The notes: a model not told the origin generated them from the letters alone. 59,724 nucleotides of DNA, filler included, from 4 parts of 4 records of this genome joined end to end with filler, not necessarily neighbours in it; one strand, 5' to 3'; counted from the first letter of the whole stretch, positions 10,791 to 21,024 are shown. A program made the numbers and translations.

Positions 10791-11273
10791 ATGAAGCTCC
10801 GTCTGATAGAGGAAAATTTGGTCCGGCAGAACAAGGCAACAATGCTTTTGCTCATTTTGCTTGAGGAAGAATTTTCCCGCCTTGGTCAACTCAAGCCCCA
10901 ATCGGTTTCTCAGATCGAGTTGTCCATTCAGGAACTGATGCGGCAGATCGTGGCCGAACGGTATTCCTTGCGTAAATTGATTGGAGGGGTCGATCCCGAG
11001 GCCCAAAAGGTCGCGGAACTTTATCCCCATATGGAAGAGTCCATGGCAGAGAATTGTCAGGAAATGATAAAGCGGCTGGATACAACAGAGCAAAAATGTG
11101 CTGTTCAGGCCGCCAAGAATAATGAAATGGCCATGGCTTTGTTTGATCAGAGCAAAGGTTTGCTTGATTTTATGCACAATCAGATCAAGCCCAAGAATAC
11201 TTCTGCATATGCCCGCTCCGGGCGTTTTGCTCAGGCTCCAAGCAACGCTCGGCTTTTGTCTGGGAGGATGTAA
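10791..11273 (+). CDS. flgN: Flagellar export chaperone FlgN
   Basis: Helical 160-aa protein directly before flgK, with the C-terminal AYARSG motif. Confidence 0.8.
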   Translation: MKLRLIEENLVRQNKATMLLLILLEEEFSRLGQLKPQSVSQIELSIQELMRQIVAERYSLRKLIGGVDPEAQKVAELYPHMEESMAENCQEMIKRLDTTEQKCAVQAAKNNEMAMALFDQSKGLLDFMHNQIKPKNTSAYARSGRFAQAPSNARLLSGRM

Positions 11274-13412
11274 ATGTCCTTTGGTGCCAATTCCATTCTC
11301 GACATGGGCCGATGGGCTTTGTTTGCATCGCAGACACAGCTCCAAGTTACCGGCCAGAATATTGCCAACGTTAATACTGAAGGGTATTCGCGTCGGTCTG
11401 TCGTGTTGGAAGAAGGCCAGTACATTGATTACGCCCCTGGTCAGCTTGGAACCGGTGTGGTTGCCAAGGAAGTTGTTCGGCATTTTGATGACATGGTTGA
11501 GGCCATGTATCTTCAGCAGTCCTCCCTTACAGACAAGTGGGGCAACTTGTGGGAACAGCTTAAGTCTGTGGAAAATCTGCTCAATGAGTCCAGCGGCTCA
11601 GGTGTCAGTGATTCCCTGTCTAAATATTTCAATTCATGGAACGAAGTTTCCCAGCGCCCTGACAACTATGGTGCACGTCAAACTGTGTTGAACGATGCCG
11701 CTACACTGATTTCTACCTTGAAGCAGGTGGATACCGATCTTACATTGATGCAGGAACGCATCAATAATGATGTATCCGCTCAGGTCGATGAAGCCAACAA
11801 ACTCATGGAAGAGATCGCTTCCCTTAACAAGGAAATTCAGGTCCACAATATTGAGGGGCAGAACAACGCCAATGCCCTGTTTGACGAGCGAGCCAGAAAA
11901 GTCCGTGCTTTGGCCAAATTGGTGGACGTCAAAACCATTGACAACGGTGGAGGCGAGTTCACGGTTATGACCCAGGCTGGGCAGACTTTGGTTGATGGCG
12001 AAAGTCATTTCTCTCTGGAGTTTAATTCCGCAGTCAAAACAGAGGATTTGCGTCCTGATTCGACTTTTGCTGGCAATGTGTATTTTGATGGGAATGATGA
12101 CTACGAATATACGATCGAATTTGTGGCTTCCAGTTCCGGGTCCAATTTGGCAGGGCAGGTAACGAGTGGAAGTAATGCCGCACAATTCAGGGTTTCTCTT
12201 GATGGTGGTGTGACCTGGTTAGCTAATGAGGACGGCAGTGAACGCCATTTTGCTGCTCGTGATTATGATAGCCGTGTCAATGTGGAAGGGCTTCAGATCT
12301 GGTTCGGTTCCGATACCAATTCAAAAGGGACGCCCTCGGGAACATTTGAAAAGGGTGATCGATATATTATCAGCCCACATCAGGGGCTGTATTGGGTGCA
12401 GAATACATCCAATGTAGAAGAAATTACCCCGCAACAGCATTTCAATGGCGAAGAAAATACACGGCGTTTGACCGGCGGTTCCATTGCAGCTCTTTTGACT
12501 TTCCGAGACACCTACGTGGGTAAGTATCGTTCCAAGCTGGACGAACTGGCCCGAACCGTTGTTTGGGAAACCAACCGTAGACACAGTCAGGGTGCAGGAC
12601 TTCAAACTTTTACGACCCTCGATGGTACGTATCATGTGGACTATACGGACAAAGCTTTGGCGAGTGATTCTACAGGCCTCGCTTTTGGAGACAAGCTCCA
12701 GTCCGGTAGTTCTTTTGTATATGTTTATGATGAATCTACCGGATTGCTGGCCTCTTCCGCAGCGCTTGATTTCGATGGTAATGGCGGAACATTCAACCCC
12801 GCTATTCACACATTGGAAGACGTCGTGACAGCTTTTGACAATACGTATGGCGGCAGAATCAAGGCCTCCATTGTCAACAACAAGATTCGTCTGGAAGCTT
12901 CGGATGGGTATTCCTTTGCATTCGGTACTGATTCAGCCGGATTGTATGCGGCCCTTGGTATCAATACATTTTTTAAGGGCGAAACTCCCAAAGATATGCT
13001 GATCAATGAAAAGGTGTCGGGTGATCTCGATTATCTGGCCACTGGGCATGTCAATGGTTCAGGTGAAATGAACTCGGGTGATAATGCCACCGCTTTGGCC
13101 ATGTATAAGCTGCGGGAAGCGCAAGTGACCATGCACACAGCCCATGAAGGGGCAACCACTCAGTCCATTCTGGATTATTACAACGGTATTGTAGGCAATG
13201 TTGGTTCTGATACCAATCGGGCAGAATTCAACAAGAATTTTTTTGGAACTTTGTCCAATGATCTGAATGAGCGACAACAGCAGGTTTCAGGTGTGAACCT
13301 GGATGAGGAAATGAGCGACCTTGTCAAGTATCAGGCTTCGTACACGGCTGCTGCCAAGCTTATCTCCACGGCTGATCAGATGCTGCAAACGATTTTGTCA
13401 CTCAAGCCGTAA
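11274..13412 (+). CDS. flgK: Hook-associated protein FlgK
   Basis: VTGQNIANVNTEGYSRR; SGVNLDEEMSDLVKYQASYTAAAK. Confidence 0.96.
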   Translation: MSFGANSILDMGRWALFASQTQLQVTGQNIANVNTEGYSRRSVVLEEGQYIDYAPGQLGTGVVAKEVVRHFDDMVEAMYLQQSSLTDKWGNLWEQLKSVENLLNESSGSGVSDSLSKYFNSWNEVSQRPDNYGARQTVLNDAATLISTLKQVDTDLTLMQERINNDVSAQVDEANKLMEEIASLNKEIQVHNIEGQNNANALFDERARKVRALAKLVDVKTIDNGGGEFTVMTQAGQTLVDGESHFSLEFNSAVKTEDLRPDSTFAGNVYFDGNDDYEYTIEFVASSSGSNLAGQVTSGSNAAQFRVSLDGGVTWLANEDGSERHFAARDYDSRVNVEGLQIWFGSDTNSKGTPSGTFEKGDRYIISPHQGLYWVQNTSNVEEITPQQHFNGEENTRRLTGGSIAALLTFRDTYVGKYRSKLDELARTVVWETNRRHSQGAGLQTFTTLDGTYHVDYTDKALASDSTGLAFGDKLQSGSSFVYVYDESTGLLASSAALDFDGNGGTFNPAIHTLEDVVTAFDNTYGGRIKASIVNNKIRLEASDGYSFAFGTDSAGLYAALGINTFFKGETPKDMLINEKVSGDLDYLATGHVNGSGEMNSGDNATALAMYKLREAQVTMHTAHEGATTQSILDYYNGIVGNVGSDTNRAEFNKNFFGTLSNDLNERQQQVSGVNLDEEMSDLVKYQASYTAAAKLISTADQMLQTILSLKP

Positions 13413-13427
13413 CGAGAGGGAACTGGA

Positions 13428-15083
13428 ATGCGCGTAACGCAACAAATGCTTTTTGACAGGTATGTCTTCAACTTGAATTCGTCGTTGACGGAGTTGATGG
13501 ACCTGAACGTCAAGGCCCAGACCCAGAAACGGATCAATAAGCCGAGTGATGATCCCACTGGCATGACCCGAATTCTTGACCATCGTGATACTTTACGTTC
13601 TTTGGAACAGTATAACGAGAATATTTCCACGGCCAAGGGGTGGCTTGGGAGCGCCGATGAATCATTGATGCAGGTGTCCACCATCCTGACTCGTGCCAAG
13701 GAACTTGCTGAACAGGTGGCAACCGGTACTGTTGACGCGAATAACCGTGAACAGGTTAGCTACGAAATGCGGTCCCTGTTCGAACAGTTGATCGGTCTCG
13801 CCAACTCTGACTTCGAAGGCAAATCTATTTTTGCCGGTCACAAGGTGAACGATTCTGCATTCAAAGAGATTATGTGGCTGACAACCAATGACGAGGACTT
13901 TGGCACCAATGCCGATTTCACGGTCAATGGTTCTTCCGAGTCAACAGTCCTTGTACAATATTTTGATACGAGTGGCGCTACGGCTGTTGGCGGCAATATG
14001 AATTTGTCTGATCCCAACCTTGGCATTCGATATTCCACTGATGGTGGTGATACGTGGCAGAACGATGGAACCATGACAGGCAACACCTTGAATCTGCCTC
14101 AGAGTGGAACCAGTGTGACTTTTGCCAATGATCCGCAGATCAAGGTCAACCATCAGACTGATCCTTCTGTTTCGGATGGCACCTGGATGTGGATACGTCC
14201 TTCGGTGCAGTATTTGGGTGATGATGACGATCCGCCGCCACAGGTTGATGCGATGGGGCCGGGGTCAAATCAAATCAAGGGAAGTGCTTCCGGTTCATTC
14301 CTTGATACCAATGTAACGGTTCGTATTGATAATACGTCAGCCGTGACAATGGATGAAGATATAGAATATTCCTACAGCATGGACGGCGGTATCAATTGGG
14401 TGACCGGCAATGTGGCCCCAGCTGATTCCACGGCCAGCAACGCCGTACTGAGTGTGGCAAATGGTGGAATCCTGACTCTGAGCAACGCTGGATCAAATGT
14501 GCTTGAACCGGGACAGCAGTATGTCATTCGTCCCAGAAGCGCCGCCATTAAGCTGGATGTCTCGTCCAGTGAACAGGTGCAGGTCAACTCCGTGGGTAAG
14601 GATATTTTTGGTGGGATCTATATGGATCCTGATAATATTCTTGCATCAAATGGCTCCATTGTGCCTTTGTCCAGTATGAGTGGTAGCCGTGTATTCCATG
14701 ATTCCAATGGCTCCAAAATGGGATTGACTATTCAGGGCGATGACGAAGTCTCACAGAATCTTTTTGAAGTTATGGGCAATCTGGTCGCTTTTGCCGAAAC
14801 CAATAATCAAACAGGGTGTCAGCAGTCTCTTGCCAATTTGAAAAAGGTGCAGGAGCATGTCATGAATTCTGTTGCAGAGATTGGCGGGCGAGAGAACAGG
14901 TTGACGGTCAGCAAGGGGATTTTGGATGGGCTGAAGCTCAATGAGGATTCCTTGATCAGTTCCATCGAAGACGCCGATGTGTCGGAATTGATGACCCAAC
15001 TGGCCCAGCAGCAGATTGTGTACGAGTCTGTTTTGCGCTCCACATCCATGATTATGCAGCTTAATCTGGGTAAGTTTATCTAG
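13428..15083 (+). CDS. flgL: Hook-associated protein FlgL
   Basis: MRVTQ..., KRINKPSDDP, flagellin-like termini; follows flgK. Confidence 0.95.
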   Translation: MRVTQQMLFDRYVFNLNSSLTELMDLNVKAQTQKRINKPSDDPTGMTRILDHRDTLRSLEQYNENISTAKGWLGSADESLMQVSTILTRAKELAEQVATGTVDANNREQVSYEMRSLFEQLIGLANSDFEGKSIFAGHKVNDSAFKEIMWLTTNDEDFGTNADFTVNGSSESTVLVQYFDTSGATAVGGNMNLSDPNLGIRYSTDGGDTWQNDGTMTGNTLNLPQSGTSVTFANDPQIKVNHQTDPSVSDGTWMWIRPSVQYLGDDDDPPPQVDAMGPGSNQIKGSASGSFLDTNVTVRIDNTSAVTMDEDIEYSYSMDGGINWVTGNVAPADSTASNAVLSVANGGILTLSNAGSNVLEPGQQYVIRPRSAAIKLDVSSSEQVQVNSVGKDIFGGIYMDPDNILASNGSIVPLSSMSGSRVFHDSNGSKMGLTIQGDDEVSQNLFEVMGNLVAFAETNNQTGCQQSLANLKKVQEHVMNSVAEIGGRENRLTVSKGILDGLKLNEDSLISSIEDADVSELMTQLAQQQIVYESVLRSTSMIMQLNLGKFI

Positions 15084-15174
15084 GTGAAACGCTTTACTAA
15101 AGTACATCAGTAATGTAGTCGGCACAGAAGTTTCGCGTGATGCGGACAATTCGAAGGAAATAATTAGGAATCAC

Positions 15175-15417
15175 ATGTTGATACTGACCCGGAGACCGGG
15201 AGAAAGCCTTTATCTGGGCGATAATATCAAGCTGAAGATCCTGAGTGTTCAGGGAAAGCAGATAAAAATCGGCCTGGATGTACCCGAAGACATGACTGTC
15301 TATCGGGAAGAGGTGTATCTTAAGATCAAGGAACAGAACAAGCAGGCGCTGGAGATTAGTCAGCAGGACCTGCTCGCGGCGGCTGCGCTATGGCAAAAGA
15401 AAGAACACAAAAAATAA
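15175..15417 (+). CDS. csrA: Carbon storage regulator CsrA
   Basis: [18 protein letters not shown]...IGLDVP...VYREEVY. Confidence 0.96.
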   Translation: MLILTRRPGESLYLGDNIKLKILSVQGKQIKIGLDVPEDMTVYREEVYLKIKEQNKQALEISQQDLLAAAALWQKKEHKK

Positions 15418-15836
15418 TGACGCGACTGGGCGAGCGAGAAATCAGCTCCGAAGGTATCATTTATTTCCCCCGGGGACTCGTGGGGCTTGAAGACAAACGC
15501 GAGTTTGCACTTTTGAGCGTTAAGAGCGATGACTCTCCTTTTCTGTTGCTGCAGTGCATAACAGATCCGGGACTTGGTCTCCTTGTGGCAGACCCTTATT
15601 CATTTCTTGATGATTATGATGTGAAGATTGAAAATATTGACCGTAAGGCTCTCAAAGTCGATAATATCCGTCAATTGGCAATACTGGTAACGGTGACCAT
15701 TCCACAAGCCAAACCCGAAGACACTACTCTGAACCTTCAGGGGCCGATTGTCATCAACACCGAGGCAAGAATAGGTCTTCAGGTTCCACAGACCGAAGCC
15801 GGGTATCCCACGCACTTCAATCCGATTAAGGGCTAA
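15390..15836 (+). CDS. fliW: Flagellar assembly factor FliW
   Basis: [20 protein letters not shown]; overlaps csrA. Confidence 0.94.
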   Translation: MAKERTQKIMTRLGEREISSEGIIYFPRGLVGLEDKREFALLSVKSDDSPFLLLQCITDPGLGLLVADPYSFLDDYDVKIENIDRKALKVDNIRQLAILVTVTIPQAKPEDTTLNLQGPIVINTEARIGLQVPQTEAGYPTHFNPIKG

Positions 15837-15861
15837 ATAAGCCGATTAATTTCTTTACAAG

Positions 15862-16170
15862 CTAAACGAGAAGATCGAGGTCGTCACGAATGAGATTCGC
15901 GGCGGCCTTTTTCAGGTCCGGTTTGTAGGAGCCGTCCTGAACCTGTCTTTTGAGTTCATCCACCTTTTTGCGGCGGACATCAGGTGCGTCGTTTGCCGTC
16001 TGGAGGGCTGCGCCCCGCAGTCGACCTTCGGAGGACAGGACTACACGATCAGCAGCTTCGCCGGAATTCTTGGTCGCTTCCTGGGTGCGCTGTGGATCCT
16101 TGGCCTGTGGCCGTTCGATCTTCTTGTTTGCGTAAGGGTTTTGATCCCCTACAATGTTCTTGATAACCAT
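15862..16170 (-). CDS. flgM: Anti-sigma28 factor FlgM
   Basis: DRVVLS...PDVRRKKVDELKRQVQDGSYKPD. Confidence 0.92.
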   Translation of the reverse strand: MVIKNIVGDQNPYANKKIERPQAKDPQRTQEATKNSGEAADRVVLSSEGRLRGAALQTANDAPDVRRKKVDELKRQVQDGSYKPDLKKAAANLIRDDLDLLV

Positions 16171-16197
16171 GACATTCCTCCCGTGTATACGGGGCTA

Positions 16198-16608
16198 TCA
16201 AAGCATGGTGTCGTCCACCTTTGACAATGTTATTTCCCACAAGCGGCGCATGACCTTGTTCCTTTCGGAACCCTCAATGTCACGCGGACCACTTCGTGTC
16301 TCTTTCAATATCTGAACGTCGCCGCCTTCAAGGGGATACTCGAAGATGTATCGACATCCGAATTCCCGTTCAAGCTGGATAAGAACAGCTTCAACCACCG
16401 GGGATGGTTCGGAGTTGACGATCAGGTTTTCAATGACCTCGTGTGCAATGCGTTCTACCAATTCGCGGCGCTTTGCCTGCTTGGCGATGTCATCCATTGG
16501 TTCGACATCACCCATTGCCTGCCGGAAACGTGCTAGACGTTTCGCGCTCGTAAGTTGCTTCCCATAGGTTCGCAACATATTTCGAACATTGGCAGACGAT
16601 ACATTCAC
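16198..16608 (-). CDS. DVU0524-like FlgM-associated protein
   Basis: VRNMLRTYGKQL...RLARF N-terminus; lies immediately upstream of flgM, as in Desulfovibrio. GTG start. Confidence 0.75.
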   Translation of the reverse strand: MNVSSANVRNMLRTYGKQLTSAKRLARFRQAMGDVEPMDDIAKQAKRRELVERIAHEVIENLIVNSEPSPVVEAVLIQLEREFGCRYIFEYPLEGGDVQILKETRSGPRDIEGSERNKVMRRLWEITLSKVDDTML

Positions 16609-16634
16609 GGTTTTTTTCCTTTCCTTAATTGTTA

Positions 16635-16661
16635 GAATCGACTGCTGTAAAAAAAACTTTA
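16635..16661 (-). promoter_or_regulatory. Sigma28 (FliA) promoter
   Basis: Minus strand TAAA-GTTTTTTTTACAGCA(15)-GTCGATTC matches the TAAA-N15-GCCGATAA spacing, upstream of the DVU0524-like/flgM pair. Confidence 0.75.
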
Positions 16662-16955
16662 GGGTGAAACCGGGAAAAAATCTAGAAAATCACTTTTCAA
16701 ATTCGGGTTGAAAATGCCGAATTTTAGAAAAGGTTGAATGTTTTTGTAAGATTAACTATAAATTTTTTGATGCTATGACCCATAAGAAAAAAATCGATTA
16801 TTTACAAATTAAATGATTTTTAGGTGTTTTTTCTCCTATGAAAGGTTCAATCCTTTTTGCTTTATTCTTCTTTGCAGGGAGGGTGACATGGGGGCGGTGG
16901 TCAGGCATTGTATCAGGGACTTGAGAAACATGGAAATTTGACCAACGAGGTGAAC

Positions 16956-18596
16956 ATGGGGTTGGCCCGGCATATAGAATCTATTCGTGACATCCAGTAT
17001 GGTCAGGATGCAGCCCTTGATGCGTTGCTGCTTCATTTTATGACCGAGAACCATCTTGAGTACTCTATTGATCCTGATAAAAATGCATCTGGTGAACAGA
17101 TTCGTTTCATGATGGCGCTTGAAGAAGGGGAGTTTTATGCTCCGTGTTCAGATTGGATGTTTCGTATGCTCCTTGAAGACGGTTTGCCTGAGCGTTTGCT
17201 GGAAGAATATCTCGTCCAGTGGAAGACTTTTATTAGTCTATCCCGTAATTTTTGCACTGATAGAGAGATTGCACGACGGTTTATTCAGCTAGCCCGACAT
17301 AAGTTTCGTATGGTTCTTGCCTCTCCCATCATTTTGCCGTCACGTCTGATGAAACGGTTCATTACTATATTTATGACTCAGAGCGGCATTGACGATCCAT
17401 ACAGAGATATTCGCAAGGCATTGAATCGTAAGGCTTCCGAGATTGTGGATAGTGATGTCTTTGATGCTATGGTCAATGGTTGTCTGGCGAATGTCGAACA
17501 ACCCGGTCGTATTGATGATCTTCGGTTTAAAATAGATATGGTTGAAATTGAACGGCTTATGCGGATTTCCACCATGACGGACCATTGGATGCCTGAGACA
17601 TTTACGCCGGAAGCGCTCAAATCGTCTGTTTTGTCTGAAGAGGTCAAAGAGGGCTCACGGCTGTTCCGTGACGTTTTTGAACGATTGGGCAAGGATAGAG
17701 AGAAGCGTCATCGTATCCTTTATCTTCCCAATCGGGCAGGTGGAATATTGTTTGACCTGCAGGTGGTGCAGACCCTTTTGCGGTTGGGACATCGCGTGGT
17801 CATGGCCTTGAAAGAAGGTTTCTATTTCGAGCATCCGACGTTTTGGGATCGCGACAATGATCCGTTGCTGGCTAAGGCGTTTAACGGTGCAAAGTTTGTC
17901 AGCGAAGATCGACTCTCCAAAAACGAATTGCTGGGCATCATGGCTCAACATCCTTTTGTAGTTATTTCTGACGGAACGCGGGAACGTTTTAATCCCTACC
18001 GTGCGTCTGTAACTTTTGCTCGTGCTTGGAAAGAGTGTGATCTGGTTTTGGCCAAGGGGCAGGCTGTTCATAATAGGCTTATCATGAGCAGTCATGATTT
18101 TACGCGGGATATAGTGAACTTTTATCGGGATGAACATGGTGAATTCCAGTTGCACTACCGTCCCAAGCCAGAATCCGTGGTGTCTTTCAGCGAACAATAT
18201 ATCGCAGCCAAGGCGGATGAAATCATTGCAGAGATGCGGGTTGCTCGCTCCTTGGGGAAAACAGTTATGTTTTACTCTGGTATCATTGGTTCCGTTCCCG
18301 GCCAGACGCAAGCCGCCATTGAGGTTATTACCACATTTGTGGAGCACCTTCGTTCACAGCTTGACGATGCGTACATCATTAATCCCGGTGAACATTTTGA
18401 AGAAGGTATGGATGCCGATGACCTGATGTTCATGTGGGAAAAGGTCCAGCGAAGCGGATACATCAATGTCTGGCGTTTCCAGACGTATTTCGATATTGAA
18501 AAGAGCTTCGAGTTGATGGGCCGAAAGGTCCCGCCGGTATGGACCGGTAAGGATGCCACCTATTCTACCGGATGCACCAAGGAAATGCACATTGCG
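16956..18596 (+). CDS. ARMT1-like (DUF89) domain protein, 3' truncated by contig end
   Basis: ILYLPNRAGGILFDL and DLVLAKGQ resemble DUF89 motifs. GAGGTG RBS before ATG 16956; the frame runs into the Ns. Confidence 0.7.
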
Positions 18597-18696
18597 NNNN
18601 NNNNNNNNNNNNNNNNNNNNNNNNNNNNNNNNNNNNNNNNTTAATTAATTAANNNNNNNNNNNNNNNNNNNNNNNNNNNNNNNNNNNNNNNNNNNN
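18597..18696. other. Artificial contig spacer
   Basis: N-run, TTAATTAATTAA (stops in all six frames), N-run. Confidence 0.98.
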
Positions 18697-18851
18697 ATAA
18701 TTTTTCGTTCATCTATTATCCCCGTTGCCATAGATTACACCGTGCTCTTACCTCAACCTTAACACCAAGCGGCTCAACGCGTTCCATTTAAATTTATACA
18801 TTAAAAAAACCTCTCACACTGATATGCAATCAACGCCGCACCAGATCCTGA

Positions 18852-19301
18852 TCACAACTCCATTTTTTTCAGCCAAACACCGGGGTTTTTCGGGTCGACG
18901 GCATAATCCCGGCCATTCGACATCATTGGGTAAGGCACAAAGCAGTCCATGTTGTCGTCAGGAATAAAGCCATGGGCAACAAGAAGGTCAGCGATGATCT
19001 GGACAGCGTTATGAAAATCGAACTTACGCCGACTGTCCCGGACAAAGAAAAACTTAACCCTGACCGGCAGCTGGACACCGGTGAAATAATCCCCCACCGC
19101 CTTGCGGAACAGATTTGGCCGGCCAGCATACTCCTGGACCCCAGACCGTATTGACCGTGTTGAATATTTCTTGACCCCCATGGTTCTCAGGTATTTCCTG
19201 ACCGCATCAGACGGCACCAAGGTTGTATGGTCTTTCCCGGGCAACGAGACCGGTTTTTTGCTATTTTTCACACTGGGAACGTTGTTTGGGATAAAAATCA
19301 T
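18852..19301 (-). CDS. RusA-like Holliday junction resolvase
   Basis: VPSVKNS N-terminus and RRKFDFHNAVQIIADLLVAHGFIPDDN, a variant of the RusA DxDN..K...D.L...G...DD motif; follows the initiator. Confidence 0.7.
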   Translation of the reverse strand: MIFIPNNVPSVKNSKKPVSLPGKDHTTLVPSDAVRKYLRTMGVKKYSTRSIRSGVQEYAGRPNLFRKAVGDYFTGVQLPVRVKFFFVRDSRRKFDFHNAVQIIADLLVAHGFIPDDNMDCFVPYPMMSNGRDYAVDPKNPGVWLKKMEL

Positions 19302-20332
19302 ACTGCCTCCTCCGTCGTGACCTTTCCCCTGGATCTCAGTATTTCCAATGCCGCAGTGTTTCCAGCATCGGATAAAATTTTCAGCTGGTCGTCCGGAAGG
19401 CGTTTCAACCCTTCAAGCGCCGCTTTCTTTTCTGCCTCCCTGGTCGCGGATACTGATGGGTCACCACCACCCTTGCCGCTCCCGCTTCTGTCTTGTGCAC
19501 AGCTGAGCCAGTACACAAGACTACGCCGGATACCTTTTGGGGTTTTTCGTTTTTTGGGATTCGACAAGGCCCATTCCCGGTATTGTTTCAGTTCGTAAAG
19601 AACATCGATGCCGGGATATGTATCTTGCCAGCCATCAAGGTCTTCCTGGGAAACTGGATACTCACCTGCAGATTTGACCAAGGGAATGCTGATAACGGGA
19701 TTTTGTTTTAAAACATCAGAATTTGAATTTTGAGTTACTTCCGGCTCTGAGCAATTTTTTTGCTCTGAGCAATAAGTATCTTTAGGATTAGGATTAGGAG
19801 AAGGACTAGGAGTAGGAGTAGGGGCATTGCATTCCTTAGTGCGTGTAGCATTGCTCGCAGCACTCGTAGCATTGCTCGTAGCATCAAGCCCTTTGTCTGT
19901 GCTGGTTTTAGTATCTTCGTTGTGTTGCTCAGACTGGCTGTTTTTGCGATCCCACCGTGCTTTTGCTGCTTTTTTTGCCTTATCAGACCTTGCTTTTGCA
20001 TGCGCTACATACCCGTTGTTTTCCTCCCAAGCATGAAGCTCAAAAAATGCACTTGCATTGCTCGTAGCATTGCTCGTAGCATTGCTCGTAGCATCAAGCC
20101 ATCTTAATGAAACAAGAGTATCGACAAAAAGCCCTGGGTCTCCATTCCATTTTGCTGCGATCTCAATATCATCTTTATCCAGATCAATGAGTTTGCCATC
20201 CTGTTTGTATTGAGCAGCAAAAAACCAGAGACGTAATAAGGCTTCAACACCTTCAAACCCAAGTTTCCTTTTGAGTTTAATAGTCTTTGGGTGGTCGAGG
20301 AAACCCAGTGCTAATCTTATATCCTTACTCAT
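19298..20332 (-). CDS. Phage replication initiator (O-like architecture)
   Basis: N-terminal DHPK...L..LW domain, central ATSN repeats, PTPTPSPSPNPNP linker, C-terminal helical domain (W..SNPKKRKT). ATG 20332 overlaps the HNH stop (ATGA). Confidence 0.8.
   Translation of the reverse strand: MSKDIRLALGFLDHPKTIKLKRKLGFEGVEALLRLWFFAAQYKQDGKLIDLDKDDIEIAAKWNGDPGLFVDTLVSLRWLDATSNATSNATSNASAFFELHAWEENNGYVAHAKARSDKAKKAAKARWDRKNSQSEQHNEDTKTSTDKGLDATSNATSAASNATRTKECNAPTPTPSPSPNPNPKDTYCSEQKNCSEPEVTQNSNSDVLKQNPVISIPLVKSAGEYPVSQEDLDGWQDTYPGIDVLYELKQYREWALSNPKKRKTPKGIRRSLVYWLSCAQDRSGSGKGGGDPSVSATREAEKKAALEGLKRLPDDQLKILSDAGNTAALEILRSRGKVTTEEAV
19848..20100. repeat. Iteron-like 12-bp direct repeats (GCATTGCTCGTA)
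   Basis: Three perfect tandem copies at 20055-20090 plus GCATCAAGCC; a second cluster at 19848-19890 ends in the same GCATCAAGCC. Confidence 0.8.
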
Positions 20333-20880
20333 CTCACACCATTGGTTTTGATTTTTTTCCAACAAATTCCACAAAAATATTTGATAGAATTATCTTTGTG
20401 CGCAATAAGTGATACAGCTTTGATCATTGCCTCTTCGACTTCATGTTTTGGTAGTTTTTGAATGAATCTTTTAAGACTTACGTTTTTGAACGTTTTGCTA
20501 AGTTGATAATCTGGAAAAGCTTCTGAATATATTTCTGCTATCTCATTAATATCTTTTATTTCTCTGCGACGTATTCTATTGATGAACTTACGATACTCTT
20601 TTAACTGTTCTTCTTTTTGTTTTAATACCTCAATATTTTCAGAAAGCTTTGATGGGATTTTGTCTAAAGGAATATCACTCTTACCGCGATTACAATCAAA
20701 ACAAGCGGTGATGTAATTCGATATATCATCTGCTCCACCCTTTGAAATAGGTTCTATATGATCTATTTCGAGGACAACAGAAGGTGGGGACTGGCCACAA
20801 TAGGCACACTGAAAGCCATCTCTTTTGAAAATCTCGAATCGTAATTTTTTAGATAGTTTTTTTCTTTTGATTTCAGACAT
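20329..20880 (-). CDS. HNH endonuclease domain protein
   Basis: RFEIFKRDGFQCAYCG...EIDHIEPISKGG...NYITACFDCNRGK. Confidence 0.92.
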   Translation of the reverse strand: MSEIKRKKLSKKLRFEIFKRDGFQCAYCGQSPPSVVLEIDHIEPISKGGADDISNYITACFDCNRGKSDIPLDKIPSKLSENIEVLKQKEEQLKEYRKFINRIRRREIKDINEIAEIYSEAFPDYQLSKTFKNVSLKRFIQKLPKHEVEEAMIKAVSLIAHKDNSIKYFCGICWKKIKTNGVR

Positions 20881-20910
20881 AGATATAGCTCCTTTGTGTT
20901 GTCAGGGCCA

Positions 20911-21024
20911 TTACGCAATCTCTTTACGCTCTTCAATACTTGGTGGGAAGTTTCTTTCAACGATCCAGTGCAAGATCCCTTGATCTCTTAATATGGCCTT
21001 AGTCCGCTGTACTGGAGAAGACAT
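20911..21024 (-). pseudogene. 37-aa ORF, possible truncated phage nuclease N-terminus
   Basis: MSSPVQRTKAILRDQGILHWIVERNFPPSIEERKEIA*. The start overlaps the upstream stop (TGATG). Confidence 0.4.

Noticed and set aside
15120-15136. Sigma54-like CGGCACAGAAGTTTCGC before csrA
   Set aside because: The -12 position reads TC rather than GC at GG-N10; too weak to call.
19782-19822. TTAGGA/TAGGAG hexamer repeats resembling telomeric repeats
   Set aside because: They encode the PTPTPSPSPNPNP linker of the phage initiator on the minus strand.
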